Virus record (IMG/VR): IMGVR_UViG_3300024999_000034
Location: 116,839 to 180,838 of that record
Length of the DNA stretch: 64,000 bases
From: a virus
Reading direction: 5' to 3' (one strand)
Below are positions 1 to 11,033 of the stretch, piece after piece. The first letter of the stretch is position 1; each line of letters begins with the position of its first letter. The notes under the pieces were generated by a model. It made no database searches, had not been told where the DNA came from, and saw only the letters and a program-made list of their open reading frames with translations. Made by a program: the position numbers and the translations under genes.

Positions 1-450
1 TATAAAAATAATAATAAAGTGTTAAATGGTGAGCTTGGGTCTATTATTAAGAAAGAGAAGAAAGGCACTGCTACAGCAGAGGATATTATTAGAAAGAATC
101 AGATTATATTTTCTATTACTGCCAATGAAGAGCAACATGGTATTCAAGCATTGCTAGATTCAAATCCTGATACATTACTTTCTGATATTTATAGTAGTTT
201 TGGTAGTGAAAATAAAGCAGATAAATATTATGAATTAGAGGAGTCATTAGGATTACTTGACACTGGTAAGGAGTTTGGTGTTGATTTTAAGTATTATAAA
301 TGGATAATGATGAATTATGATAAAGAAGAGCATGATAAATTTGTACATTGCGTTAATAATAAAAAGAAAGCTCAATTAACGAACGATGATATAATATATT
401 TTGCCGATCTAAAACCACAAAAACATAAGGGATTTGGTCAAAAGATATAG
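1..450 (+). CDS. Hypothetical protein, 5' truncated by window edge; natural C-terminus possibly frameshifted
   Basis: Frame is open from base 1 to TAG at 448-450; no recognisable motif. Confidence 0.5.
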   Translation, partial: YKNNNKVLNGELGSIIKKEKKGTATAEDIIRKNQIIFSITANEEQHGIQALLDSNPDTLLSDIYSSFGSENKADKYYELEESLGLLDTGKEFGVDFKYYKWIMMNYDKEEHDKFVHCVNNKKKAQLTNDDIIYFADLKPQKHKGFGQKI

Positions 451-650
451 AGGAAGTAACAGAGGAAAAGCCAGAACCATTTGATGATTGGTTTGAAGAT
501 GATGATAATTATGAATACGAAATGACAGAAGATGATATTCAAGCAATGCATGAGATAGAACAATTAAATCGTGCTCAAATTCCAGATGATGTATTAAGAG
601 AAATAGAAAGAATGGAAAATGACAACGAAGATGATGATTTATTTAGTTAA
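429..650 (+). pseudogene. Start-less, highly acidic reading frame ending DDDLFS; likely frameshifted C-terminus of the preceding ORF
   Basis: -1 frame open 429..650 (IWSKDIEEVTEEKPEPFDDWFEDDD...ENDNEDDDLFS), no RBS for its internal ATG. Confidence 0.35.
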
Positions 651-716
651 GTGATAGTCAGGGGCGGTAACTCCGTCCCAAATAATTCCCTACAATATAC
701 GTGGGAGGTGAGATTA

Positions 717-914
717 ATGAATATGGATGAAGTATATAATAAATTAGGTTATAAGAATCGTATGGATTATATCGTTGGTATGAGTAAGATAATGAATTCT
801 TCCTTAGAAAAAGATATTAAAAGATGTGATAATGATAAGTTTGATAAATTTATGCTTTTTCTTTCAAGTAATGAAGATTTTGAATATGTTCCATTGAGTG
901 AAATATTAAAATAA
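717..914 (+). CDS. Small hypothetical protein
   Basis: GGGAGG RBS before ATG 717, preferred over GTG 651, which overlaps a hairpin at 661..679. Confidence 0.55.
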   Translation: MNMDEVYNKLGYKNRMDYIVGMSKIMNSSLEKDIKRCDNDKFDKFMLFLSSNEDFEYVPLSEILK

Positions 915-930
915 AGGAGATAAAACAAAA

Positions 931-1224
931 ATGATCACACAATTACCAAACGGAATCCGCATAATAACTTTAGGTGAAAATAATACTCAAGTCAGTCAAG
1001 TTGTTCATAAAGATGAAACAGAATCAAAAGGAATATGTTTTTGCAATAGTTTCTTAGAAAATGGCAAACCTTCAAATGATGGTGTAATTATTAATATTGT
1101 TAATATTGAAGGCGTAGTGAGTTATATTAAAGCATTATCAGACATGTTAGCAACATGGGAAATTGAAGGTGCAGAGAAGGAATTAGAATTATTGAGAAAG
1201 AGTTTGGAGGAATTAAGACAATGA
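931..1224 (+). CDS. Hypothetical protein
   Basis: AAGGAGA RBS; stop overlaps the next start (ATGA). Confidence 0.6.
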   Translation: MITQLPNGIRIITLGENNTQVSQVVHKDETESKGICFCNSFLENGKPSNDGVIINIVNIEGVVSYIKALSDMLATWEIEGAEKELELLRKSLEELRQ

Positions 1225-1423
1225 ATAAGATTACATACAATAATAAAACAATAAATACTACTTCAAAAGGTGTATTTATAGACGATATTTTTGTTCCTTA
1301 TAAGAAAGGAATGAAGGGTAATTCAACTTCAATTATCAATGGGAAATTTATGTTGATGGATATGAGCTTAAAGCAGGAAAATGGAAGAGAACATTTATGT
1401 CATTATGGAATTTAATATTTTAA
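1221..1423 (+). pseudogene. Small phage gene with an apparent 1-nt deletion near 1344-1350
   Basis: The -1 frame from 1349 reads YVDGYELKAGKWKRTFMSLWNLIF* and its TAA (1421-1423) abuts the RBS of the next gene. Confidence 0.5.
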
Positions 1424-1440
1424 GGAGGAGACAAAAAACC

Positions 1441-2160
1441 ATGCTAAAATTCATAGGTACAGGTTCAGCATTCAATACTAAATTAGGAAATACTTCAGCA
1501 TATATAAAAGAAAATAATACATTATTACTCATTGATTGCGGTGAATTAACTTTTAATAGAATCTTAAAACTAAATCTATTATCAGATGTAAATGAAGTAC
1601 ATATTGCAGTAACTCATTGTCATCCAGATCATATAGGTAGTCTAGGGAGTTTCATATTTTATTGTCATTTCATCAAGAATATTAAACCAACATTCCATGC
1701 TGCTAATTCTGATTTTATTGAATTGCTTGAGATTATGGGAGTTACAGAAGATCATTGTGAATTTGATAATTGTGTTGTGAATCAATATGCAGAAATAAAT
1801 AAATTAAATCTTCAAATGCTATTTATACCAACTAAACATGTCAAGGAAATAACTTCTTTCGGAATATTAATTCTCAATCTAAATACAAGGAAGAGTTCTT
1901 ATTATAGTGGTGATAGCAATTCTATTCCTAAATCTATTTTATACGGATTGGAATGTGGCGAACTTCATTATTTGTATCAAGATACTTGTAAAGCTGATTA
2001 TGATGGAAATGTTCATTTGTCATTGAGAAAATTATGTGAACTTATTCCAATGGAATATCGAGATAGAGTGTATATTATGCACACTGATGAAGGTTTTGAT
2101 TTTGATGAAGCAGAGGGATTAGGATTTAAGGTTGCAGAGATTGAGAAGGGAAGTGATTAA
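1441..2160 (+). CDS. Metallo-beta-lactamase-fold hydrolase, Apyc1-like cyclic-nucleotide phosphodiesterase candidate
   Basis: GTGSAF, LLIDCG, THCHPDH (HxHxDH), TKHV, YSGD, VHLSL, IMH motifs; AGGAGG RBS supports ATG 1441. Confidence 0.8.
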   Translation: MLKFIGTGSAFNTKLGNTSAYIKENNTLLLIDCGELTFNRILKLNLLSDVNEVHIAVTHCHPDHIGSLGSFIFYCHFIKNIKPTFHAANSDFIELLEIMGVTEDHCEFDNCVVNQYAEINKLNLQMLFIPTKHVKEITSFGILILNLNTRKSSYYSGDSNSIPKSILYGLECGELHYLYQDTCKADYDGNVHLSLRKLCELIPMEYRDRVYIMHTDEGFDFDEAEGLGFKVAEIEKGSD

Positions 2161-2319
2161 ACAATGAATAATTCTACATTAATCATAGATGCACTACACC
2201 AAGTTAATTTTCTATTTGATCTGGAAGATGCAACAGGAGATTTTCCAGAACCGGAATGGCTAGAGGCCAAAAGATTAGTTAAGTTGGCATTAGAAGAATT
2301 AAAGGAGATGGATAAATAA

Positions 2320-2790
2320 ATGAGCAAAAACATATCAAATTACACAAGAAAACAAAATATTAAAAATATACTCGATAAAATCATAATCAAAATATTCGAT
2401 ATGATTCTCTATCCACTAAGATATATCTATAAACATAAATATGATGGTTCTGAATTACAGTCCAAAAGAAAAGTCAAGAAAGCATATAAGAAGTTAAAGA
2501 ATGATATTTACAAAGAATTATTATGTGAAGATCATATTTATATTACTGATTCTTTTGTAGGTTCAGACAATGATGGCTTAAATATAGTTTCAATAAGTGA
2601 GTATTATACTCTATTGCATTTTTCAAAGAAAACTTCTAAGGTTATATTTAATGAAATAGAAGAGATTTTAAGAGCAGATGAGAGTTTAGTAGTTGAGAGC
2701 GTTAAAGTTAAGGATGTGTTTAAATATGGTTGTTATAAGGAAGACAGTAGAGTTATTAAGGTTATGATTATTGATAAGGAGGAGAAATAA
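2320..2790 (+). CDS. Hypothetical protein
   Basis: 156-aa ORF with AAGGAG RBS. Confidence 0.6.
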   Translation: MSKNISNYTRKQNIKNILDKIIIKIFDMILYPLRYIYKHKYDGSELQSKRKVKKAYKKLKNDIYKELLCEDHIYITDSFVGSDNDGLNIVSISEYYTLLHFSKKTSKVIFNEIEEILRADESLVVESVKVKDVFKYGCYKEDSRVIKVMIIDKEEK

Positions 2791-2988
2791 ACTATGAATA
2801 ATATTGCTTTTACTGAAGAACTTAAATTATTACTAAACAAATATAATGTTTCTATTGTTAAAAATGAAGATGGATGTTTTTGGTTTGATGAAAATGGTGT
2901 TCCTATTTTGTTTGCACCAATGCAATACTCATAAAAGGCATGTTCGGAAAGTAAATTATACAAAAATAAAAGAGGAGAGATAAAAATT

Positions 2989-4062
2989 ATGGCATTTTAT
3001 TCATTACCACTAGAGAAAAACAATGTAAAAGTACCAGAGGAATATTGCTATTTAGTAATAGTAAAATATCAAGAGGATAATTTCAAACCGTCAAAAGGTA
3101 AAAAATTATCTGCTGAAGAATCAAAAAATAAAAAAGGAAAACTTCTCGCACAGCAAGAAACTATTAAACAATTGGATACCGGTTACTGTAACATACATAA
3201 TCGAAAAATTGAACTAAGCACAATTTTTGATTCATTCTTTGTAGGATATTTAGATAAATATGATAACCATCTAATCTATAAAATCAAACCTCTTGCTTCT
3301 AATGAAATTTCAAAAAGTTATGATTCACAAAAAAGATTTGAAGTTTCAGAGTTTGATGTGGTCAAAAAGTTTAAAGACAAAAGTGAAATTATTCAACAAA
3401 TACACAAAGATAAATTACTACCTGAGTTTTCTGCCATAATGTTTGACAAATTATCTTATACAAATGCAGAACATAGAGAAAAGTTATTTGCTTATTTTCA
3501 ATATATTAATAATGTATTTAAAGATTTAGAAATATCATTGGCAGATATATTATTAAGCAATGATTATAATATGGCATTTAGAGGTAAATTTAAGAAAAAT
3601 GATACTGGTGAATCGACAAAAGAAAATATTAGATATCTACTTGACAATAAATATATTAAATATTTTAAGGAAGGAGATTATTATCAAGTAAAATTAATAG
3701 TTGGTTTAGTAGATTGTGGATTATTTGATGTAGCTTTAGAATGTATAAAATTGTTAGACGAGCGCGATGTTGAAGAATTGAAAAAGAATAAGGATTTTGA
3801 TATCGCTTTGAAAAAATGGTCTATGGATGAGGCCGTTAAGGAAATTATCAATGTTCTAGGAATTAAATTAAGTGGCATGACTTTGACTGTAAAGGAGTAT
3901 ATGGATTATGGCGAAGATCGAATTATAGAAACTGAGATATTTGATAATATTGGAGATATAAAGACACATTTGATTAAGAAATATGATGTTCCATTTGAAA
4001 GAGTGATGAGTAAGGATATTGATGGGTTGGAATGGGATGGTTTTGAGTTTAGGGTAAGTTAG
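2989..4062 (+). CDS. Hypothetical protein (357 aa)
   Basis: Long ORF with GAGGAG RBS; no motif recognised. Confidence 0.65.
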   Translation: MAFYSLPLEKNNVKVPEEYCYLVIVKYQEDNFKPSKGKKLSAEESKNKKGKLLAQQETIKQLDTGYCNIHNRKIELSTIFDSFFVGYLDKYDNHLIYKIKPLASNEISKSYDSQKRFEVSEFDVVKKFKDKSEIIQQIHKDKLLPEFSAIMFDKLSYTNAEHREKLFAYFQYINNVFKDLEISLADILLSNDYNMAFRGKFKKNDTGESTKENIRYLLDNKYIKYFKEGDYYQVKLIVGLVDCGLFDVALECIKLLDERDVEELKKNKDFDIALKKWSMDEAVKEIINVLGIKLSGMTLTVKEYMDYGEDRIIETEIFDNIGDIKTHLIKKYDVPFERVMSKDIDGLEWDGFEFRVS

Positions 4063-4169
4063 GGTAATTTGTATTGGTATTGTATAGTAATTTGTACGAT
4101 ACCAATATTCTATCAAATGAATGTCTGGTTTTATTTGGTATAAAATAAATAATAAGGGAGAGATTATTA

Positions 4170-4709
4170 ATGAGAGATGTTAAATTCAGAGCATGGGCTG
4201 AACACACAATAGATAATCGATGGAATTATGCATGGAATAAATCTGAAGAAGTATTTTCAAAAACTGAACCCTCAAAACATTCACAAGAATGGAGCGAGTG
4301 GTATGATAAAAAAGAAGATTATAGAAATGAATTGTTAATGGAATGGGATTCTCAATTTATAGTCGATAGATATGTAAAAGAAAAAGCTATGATTACAAAT
4401 ATTATGGTTAATGGAACAGTACAAAGGCCACATGGGTATGAGATTATCGATATTATGCAATTTTCAGGATTAAAAGATCAAAGCAATAATAAAAATGAAG
4501 TGTATGAAGGTGATATTGTTGAGGAAATTGGATGGCAAGGTGATTATTATGTAGTCGAATTTATTGATTGTGCTTTTTATGCAATATCATTGAAGAGATA
4601 CGTTCCAGCAGGAATACGTACAAGGTATGTTAAATTAGATGAATTGATGAATATTCAAGTTGTTGGAAATAAATATGAAAATATAGAATTATTGGAAGGA
4701 GATAAATAA
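4170..4709 (+). CDS. yopX: YopX-family phage protein
   Basis: N-terminal MRDVKFRAW, IMQFSGLKD...EVYEGDIV, C-terminal VVGNKYENIELL. Confidence 0.85.
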   Translation: MRDVKFRAWAEHTIDNRWNYAWNKSEEVFSKTEPSKHSQEWSEWYDKKEDYRNELLMEWDSQFIVDRYVKEKAMITNIMVNGTVQRPHGYEIIDIMQFSGLKDQSNNKNEVYEGDIVEEIGWQGDYYVVEFIDCAFYAISLKRYVPAGIRTRYVKLDELMNIQVVGNKYENIELLEGDK

Positions 4710-4710
4710 T

Positions 4711-4989
4711 ATGTTTATAGAAAAGGTAATCACTAAAACCATCTTTGATCCTGAAGTTTTTAAAATAGGAACAAAAATACATGCAAAATATCAATGTGCA
4801 ATCAGTGACGATTATAAATATTGGGAATATGATTTTAATGGAATTGTTAAATCTTATGATGAGGACATTATATGGTTAGAAGATCCAGATGATAGAGATT
4901 ACAATGTATTTTCTGATGAATCGCGTCCTAGACGATATAAAATTGAATTGCAGTTAGTTAAAATGGGATTTTGGGTATTAGAGTTTTAA
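4711..4989 (+). CDS. Hypothetical protein
   Basis: 92-aa ORF coupled to yopX. Confidence 0.55.
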   Translation: MFIEKVITKTIFDPEVFKIGTKIHAKYQCAISDDYKYWEYDFNGIVKSYDEDIIWLEDPDDRDYNVFSDESRPRRYKIELQLVKMGFWVLEF

Positions 4990-5178
4990 CTCCTTTCAAA
5001 TCCATATTTCCTCGTACTTTAAGAACCATGAAACCATTATGTAACCCAATTCTTAATTTTAGAAATTATTAAAAAGAGGTGAATGCTTATAATAAATCAT
5101 AAGTATTACAATAAATGGAATCTTAATATATAAAATAGTTAAGTATCAATAAATAAAATATAGAAAGAGGTTGATTAT

Positions 5179-5909
5179 ATGGAAGAAAAAGTAATAATTT
5201 TGCCAGAGAGAGAGAGAGTCTACAACTAAATAAAACGTATAATATGGATTGCACCAAAGGACTAGAGCAAATGTATAAAGAAGGAATTGTAGCAAATTGT
5301 ATTGTAACTGATCCTCCTTATGGAATAAACTTTAGCACAAATCATAGAAAGAAAAATACGTTAACAACACAAAAAGGCATTCTTAATGATAAAGACAATA
5401 ATGACTTTCTAGAAAATATAATTGATTTATCATATAAGGTATTGAAAGACAATGCACATATTTATTGGTTTACTCGTTGGGATAAAGTACCTGAGCATTT
5501 AGTGTTGTTAAGGAAATATTATAATGTTAAAAATGCTTTAATATGGGTTAAAAATAATTGGTCGATGGGTGATTTAACTGGTGCATATGCAGGGCAATAT
5601 GAAGTAATTTTGTTTGGTCAAAAAGGTAGAAAAGAACTAAATGAAATTGATGGTCGAAAAAGACATACAGATATATTGAATTATAATAGAGTATCGGGTA
5701 AGGAGCAAATACATAGTCATCAAAAACCAATAGATTTATTACAGTTTTTGATCAAGAAGTCCACTGTTGAAGGCGAAGTAATATTAGATCCATTTGCTGG
5801 TGCGAGGTCAACAGAGATAGCTTCTAAGTGCTGTGGTAGGCAATACATAGGATTTGAATTTGATAAAGAGATATATGATTTAAGTTTGAGTAGATTAATT
5901 AATTTGTAA
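5179..5909 (+). CDS. Beta-class N6-adenine/N4-cytosine DNA methyltransferase, frameshifted at an (AG)7 tract near its 5' end
   Basis: DPPY catalytic motif, HQKP, C-terminal VILDPFAGARST SAM motif. RBS-linked ATG 5179 stops at 5227; removing one AG fuses it to ...SLQLNKTYNMDC. Confidence 0.85.
5205..5218 (+). repeat. (AG)7 simple sequence repeat inside the methyltransferase 5' end
   Basis: ccAGAGAGAGAGAGAGtc read directly. Confidence 0.95.
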
Positions 5910-5944
5910 TACATATAAACATAAAAATAATTATTATACACTAC

Positions 5945-5974
5945 TTGATATTTACCTATTGAGTGGTGTATAAT
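5945..5974 (+). promoter_or_regulatory. sigmaA-like promoter
   Basis: TTGATA-N18-TATAAT. Confidence 0.55.
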
Positions 5975-6007
5975 AGTATTAAGAAGTAAATCAAAGGAGT
6001 GAAGTAA

Positions 6008-8030
6008 ATGAAAGTAAAAATCCTAAAAGATGGCGAAAATGACAGAATGGTTATATTAAACGTCTTAGATTGGAGTGAAGTTCAGGTTAGTGATTTGATA
6101 GGTAAAAAGATTGTTGATATAACTCTTGATAATAAATATGAGGAAACAACTTTGGAACTAGAATAATCCCAAGAAATTATATTTTTAAAGGTAGGTGATA
6201 AATTAAATGAACGGAGATAGAGAGTGTCCTCACTGCGGAGAAATGAGTTTATTCGAACAGGGTTTAAATCAATGGTTATGTGTAATTTGTGGTAGAGAGT
6301 TTGATGATGAATGGTTAGAAGGAGAAGAATAATATGGATTTAAACAAATTTAAACTAAACGAACTGATTGAAGAAATAGAGTATCTGAAAGAAGCAGAGG
6401 AATTATTATTGCAAATATATACAAATGTTGGCGTATATAATCTAGAAGTTTTAGATAATAAATTAGACTACCCACGACCATTATCTACGAGAATAAGAGA
6501 TCATTTTAAATTTGACGATAGTGAATAAAATGTTGCTTTTAAACTATAAAATCAATTGAAAGGAAAGTGTAAAATGAGATATTTTGAAGTAATAATGAAA
6601 AGCGGAGAAAAGAATTATCTCTCATATGACGTTGTAGAAATTCAAAGAGAAGAAATATCGGAAATTATTCAAGAAATTGATAGGAATGATTTTTTAAGAG
6701 AAAAAGAAGGAATATGTGAAGAATTACTATGTCATTCATGCGAAGAAAATAAATGCAGTGTTATTTAATACGAAGAAATATATTTAAATAAAAGGAGTGC
6801 AAAAGTAAATGAAGAAATTATGTGTTGTATGTGGTCAAGAAATAGACACAAAGGAACAGCCATATTTTAAATTTGGCTCTAAATATATTTGTGATGATAC
6901 TGTGGATGTAGGGTGTTGCACCACATTTTTGAGTTGGCATAGAAAGAATGAAGATAAAACTGAATAAAATGGCACTTTCCAAGTATTTATAAAATGAGGT
7001 GAATGAAATGGATAAGAAATATATATAGTAAAAGTAGTAGACGATAGTGATGAAACAATTTTAACATTACTTGATTTTGGAACAGTAAATTATTCATCAA
7101 AATTAATTAATGTTTGTAGTATTATTATGGATTCAAAAAACGTTAGTAAATTAAGAAAATGCAAATGCGTTTTGTCTGTTAGAGAAAGTAGATCAGGTAA
7201 GTGGTTGGATGGAATTAAAAAAGAAAGGGATTGAATATAATATGAAAATCAGTGAGGCAGAATTTATCAGCAAATGCATGGAATCTAATGAATGTACTCT
7301 TGAAGAATTTCATGAATATTATGAAGTCTTTCCTTGTAATTGTGAATATGAAAACTGTGAAGGATGGAGGAATGAATTAAAAGAAGATGCAGTAAGGAAA
7401 TTTTATGAAAATAGTAAAAAAGATCAAATCAAATGATGTTTTTAAAGGTATGAAAGGAGAGTAAAAATGTTTAAAGTTATGGAAAAATGTTATGTAGAAC
7501 ATTGTGTTGATGGTTCAATGGCAAAGCTAGTATATGGAATATTAGAAGATAGCTGCTAAAAATTATGAGTCATATGGTAATGAGTAAAGGAGAGAAAATA
7601 AATGAAATTGATTAATATGAAATGCCTTTTCCATAAAAAACTTACAATACATGTTACTCATAATGAATGTGACGCGATGAGTTGTTATGGTTGTAAATAT
7701 TTGATAGATCAATATTCAAATCATGTAGAGCAAGAAGAAGAACATGATTCTGAACCTTGGAATCCATTTGAAGATTAATTATGCTTTAAAATCATACATT
7801 GAAAGAAGTTTTTATAAATGGAAGAACCAGAACTAACTGAAGAAGTGTTAAAACGAATCACAAATAGAATTCCTTGGTTTTTCTATATCCTAGAGGGACG
7901 TATTAACGGTTTTGATCAAGATATTGAAGAAATAAGACAATTACATGGAGAAAACAATCATTGGGAAGATTTTACTAGAGGACAACATAATGCATTTAAA
8001 GAAGCATGGAGTTTGTTGTTAGGTGATTAA
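6008..8030 (+). other. Array of small hypothetical ORFs (including 6334..6528, 6556..6768, 7209..7436, 7818..8030 and several under 60 aa)
   Basis: Co-oriented short ORFs with RBSs, separated by copies of the 26-bp palindrome. Confidence 0.6.
6167..6192. repeat. Copy of dispersed 10-6-10 palindromic element
   Basis: TCCCAAGAAA-TTATAT-TTTTAAAGGT directly after a TAA stop. Confidence 0.65.
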
Positions 8031-8040
8031 CAGATTATTC

Positions 8041-8069
8041 TTGACTATACTTTGATTTGAATATAAACT
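8041..8069 (+). promoter_or_regulatory. sigmaA-like promoter
   Basis: TTGACT-N17-TAAACT. Confidence 0.5.
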
Positions 8070-8092
8070 TAATCAAAAGACTAGGAGTAATC

Positions 8093-8416
8093 ATGAAAAG
8101 AAGCATAGAATGGCAAAACACACGTAATGCTAATTATATCAATATTCATAAAAGAGTATCTAATGTTTCTCCAGGAATTGTAAGTAAATTAGGATACAAT
8201 GAATCAGATAGGGCAATTATAGGATTTTCAGATGATGGACAATTTCTATACATTAAAAAATCAGACAATGGTTTGAAATTGTCTATCATCAATGAAAGAA
8301 GTTTTGGAAGAACATTTGCTTCAATTGCTCTTATTAAGAATTTTGGTGATATTATTGGTACTTATGAGTATGATAGAGTTGATAATGAAGGTGTAGTGGT
8401 GTTAAGGAAATTATAA
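8093..8416 (+). CDS. Hypothetical protein, possibly an AbrB/MraZ-like swapped-hairpin fold
   Basis: TAGGAG RBS before ATG 8093; fold guess is weak. Confidence 0.45.
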   Translation: MKRSIEWQNTRNANYINIHKRVSNVSPGIVSKLGYNESDRAIIGFSDDGQFLYIKKSDNGLKLSIINERSFGRTFASIALIKNFGDIIGTYEYDRVDNEGVVVLRKL

Positions 8417-8426
8417 GGAGGTAATT

Positions 8427-8765
8427 ATGAAAAATTATAAAGAAATATTACTAAATACCCTATCAGATGATAATCTTGATCTAGAATCAGGAATCCCATC
8501 ACTTAATAAACCACTTTTAGATTTTACAAAAAATTATCTAGAATTACGATTCTCAAATAATCTAAAGCAATACAATAATGATGAATCAAAAGCATATGAT
8601 TTATTTTCTGCTAAGAAAGCAATGGAATATTTTAATATTTATGTTGAGGAATTATTCTTTTTAACAAGAGACAAAACTGATGGGAATTATTATGAACGAA
8701 AATTTCTCAGACAATTAATTCATTTGTTAAATTTAACGATTTTAGAGGTTGAAAATGGTGAGTAA
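8427..8765 (+). CDS. Hypothetical protein
   Basis: AAGGAGG RBS, 112 aa. Confidence 0.6.
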   Translation: MKNYKEILLNTLSDDNLDLESGIPSLNKPLLDFTKNYLELRFSNNLKQYNNDESKAYDLFSAKKAMEYFNIYVEELFFLTRDKTDGNYYERKFLRQLIHLLNLTILEVENGE

Positions 8766-8941
8766 GGTGATTATATGATTTATCATGTCAGTTGGCTAGA
8801 AAGTGCCATTGTGAAACTTAGAGAGGATAATACTAAGGTTAGTGCTGTGAATGGCAACATGACTATTGAGGAATTTATTAGAGAGTTTTGTGGTGAAGAA
8901 TTGGATAAGAGTGTTAAATGTTAGAGAGAGGGATGATTATA

Positions 8942-9376
8942 ATGAATTTAGAACAAGCAATTTCAATAGCATCATTGGCCCATGAAGGACAATTAGATAA
9001 AGGTGGAGAACCATATATTTTACATCCTTTAAGGGTTATGATGAAACTTAAAGACGAGAAGCAAAGAATTGTGGCTGTATTGCATGATGTAATAGAGGAT
9101 ACGGATATTACTAGTTTTTATTTATTAAAACAAGGATTTGATTATGAATTAACTAATCACATTTTGACTTTAACTAGACGTAAAGATGAAAATTATGATG
9201 AATATATTAACCGTATAAGTAAGGATGAATTTGCTATACAAATTAAGTTAGCAGACTTAGAAGACAATATGGATATGTCTAGGATTAAGAAACCTACAGG
9301 TAAGGACCATGAGCGTGTGGAGAAGTATGGCAAAGCAAGAGAAAGATTGATGAATGCTTTAGTTTATGTTCAATAA
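8942..9376 (+). CDS. Stand-alone HD-domain hydrolase, RelA/SpoT hydrolase (Mesh1/SAH)-like
   Basis: AHEGQLDKGGEPYILHPLRV, AVLHDVIEDT, IKLADLEDN. Confidence 0.85.
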   Translation: MNLEQAISIASLAHEGQLDKGGEPYILHPLRVMMKLKDEKQRIVAVLHDVIEDTDITSFYLLKQGFDYELTNHILTLTRRKDENYDEYINRISKDEFAIQIKLADLEDNMDMSRIKKPTGKDHERVEKYGKARERLMNALVYVQ

Positions 9377-9400
9377 ATAAAATAGAAAGGAAGATTAAAT

Positions 9401-10297
9401 TTGACAAGAAGTGAATACCATCAATTATTATGGGAAAAATATCATAGAATAGAAAATAATATTGTAGAAAGGAGGTGTACCTCTTGCGAAGAATGGCAAC
9501 AAGAAAATGTAGAAAATTTTTATCTAAAGAATAAATCAAACCCAGAATTAGGATTTTTGCCAGAGTGCAAAGAATGTACTATAAAAAGAACCAATAAAAA
9601 CAGAAGCGATAAATATGATGATTATTATAGAGATTACAACAAGCAAATTTATTTAAAAGATCCCGAAAAATTTAAAGAACGTGATAAAATTAACGTAAGT
9701 AATAAACCGGAACAATATAAAGAAAAGAAAAAGAAATGGAGACAAAACCATCCTGAAAAGTGCAGAGAATACTCTAAGTTACATAGAGTGCATGATATCA
9801 CAGAAGCAGAATGGAGATCATGTTTAAGAGTGTTCGGCAATACTTGTGCTTATTGCGGATTACCAATTGAAAAACACACATTTTACAGAAATGGCAAATA
9901 CATAATTATGAACTTTCACAAAGAACATGTGGATGATGAAGGATATAATGATTTGAGAAACGCGGTTCCTGCTTGTCAACATTGTAATAGTAGTAAGCGT
10001 CAGTACTCAATTGAAGAATGGTATTTTAAACAAAAATTCTTTTCTATTGACAGATATATAAAAATACTTTGGTGGATCAACGAAGAGTATAAAGACTATA
10101 TAGAGGATAAGCCGCCTTACAGAATTATTAGAAAGCAAAATGACGATAAGAAGAGTTTTCATTGGCAATTGTGGATTGTTGATGAGTACAGAAATATGAT
10201 AGAATATATACATATAGGTGACAAGAAAAAAGATATACAAAAATGGATTGAAGTTAATAAAGCAGAATTAGAAGAGGAATTTGAGTGGGAATTATAG
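9401..10297 (+). CDS. HNH endonuclease with zinc-binding motifs (paralog 1)
   Basis: CAYCG...HKEHV...NAVPACQHCNSSK; N-terminal CxxC pairs. Confidence 0.85.
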   Translation: MTRSEYHQLLWEKYHRIENNIVERRCTSCEEWQQENVENFYLKNKSNPELGFLPECKECTIKRTNKNRSDKYDDYYRDYNKQIYLKDPEKFKERDKINVSNKPEQYKEKKKKWRQNHPEKCREYSKLHRVHDITEAEWRSCLRVFGNTCAYCGLPIEKHTFYRNGKYIIMNFHKEHVDDEGYNDLRNAVPACQHCNSSKRQYSIEEWYFKQKFFSIDRYIKILWWINEEYKDYIEDKPPYRIIRKQNDDKKSFHWQLWIVDEYRNMIEYIHIGDKKKDIQKWIEVNKAELEEEFEWEL

Positions 10298-10347
10298 GTA
10301 TGTCTTATAAATAAAGTTTCCACTTGCAATTAAAAAGGAGAGTATAT

Positions 10348-10875
10348 ATGAGTGACCATAAAAACAAAATCTTTATGATTTCAGATCCTCATTTCCATCA
10401 TCAAAAAATTATTAAGTATGAGAATAGACCATTTGAAAATGCTGAACAAATGACTAAGACAATTATTAAAAACTGGAGTAAAGTTGTTAAGAGAGATGAC
10501 GAAGTTTTCTGTTTAGGAGATGTATGTTTTAAAAATAAAGAAGTCACAACTGAGATTGTGCAACAATTAAATGGAATTAAAACTTTAATCTTAGGAAATC
10601 ATGATAGATCAAAGTCAGTAACTTGGTGGAAGGGATGCGGATTTCAAGAAGTAAGTAAATATCCTATCATTGTTGGTGAGTTTTATATTCTATCACATGA
10701 GCCTATTTATTTAACTGAAGCAATGCCTTACGCAAATATACATGGACATATTCATCATTTAAAATATGAGAGTAAGCAATATTTTAATGTTAGCGTTGAA
10801 TGTATTGATTATACTCCTATGGATTTTGAAGATATTAAGAAGGAAATATTGATTAGGAATATGGAGGATAAGTAA
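10348..10875 (+). CDS. Calcineurin-like metallophosphoesterase
   Basis: SDPHF, CLGD, GNHD, LSHEP, HGHIH motifs; AGGAG RBS supports ATG 10348. Confidence 0.9.
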   Translation: MSDHKNKIFMISDPHFHHQKIIKYENRPFENAEQMTKTIIKNWSKVVKRDDEVFCLGDVCFKNKEVTTEIVQQLNGIKTLILGNHDRSKSVTWWKGCGFQEVSKYPIIVGEFYILSHEPIYLTEAMPYANIHGHIHHLKYESKQYFNVSVECIDYTPMDFEDIKKEILIRNMEDK

Positions 10876-11007
10876 ATGGCATTATTAAATCTTGAAGAAT
10901 TATTAAAAGAGGTAGAAGAAACAGATTGTAAACTCCCTCCTCATTTTATTGACGGTGAGGAATACGAGGAGTGGCTTAGAAAAGAATTAATCAAAGATAA
11001 TAAGTAG

Positions 11008-11033
11008 CCCCAGAAAAAACGCATTTTATCTTT
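11008..11033. repeat. Copy of dispersed 10-6-10 palindromic element
   Basis: CCCCAGAAAA-AACGCA-TTTTATCTTT after a TAG stop. Confidence 0.6.

Noticed and set aside
1341-1352. Programmed -1 ribosomal frameshift at GGG AAA TTT (and at 429-435)
   Set aside because: Not an X XXY YYZ heptamer in the translated frame; a simple indel is more likely
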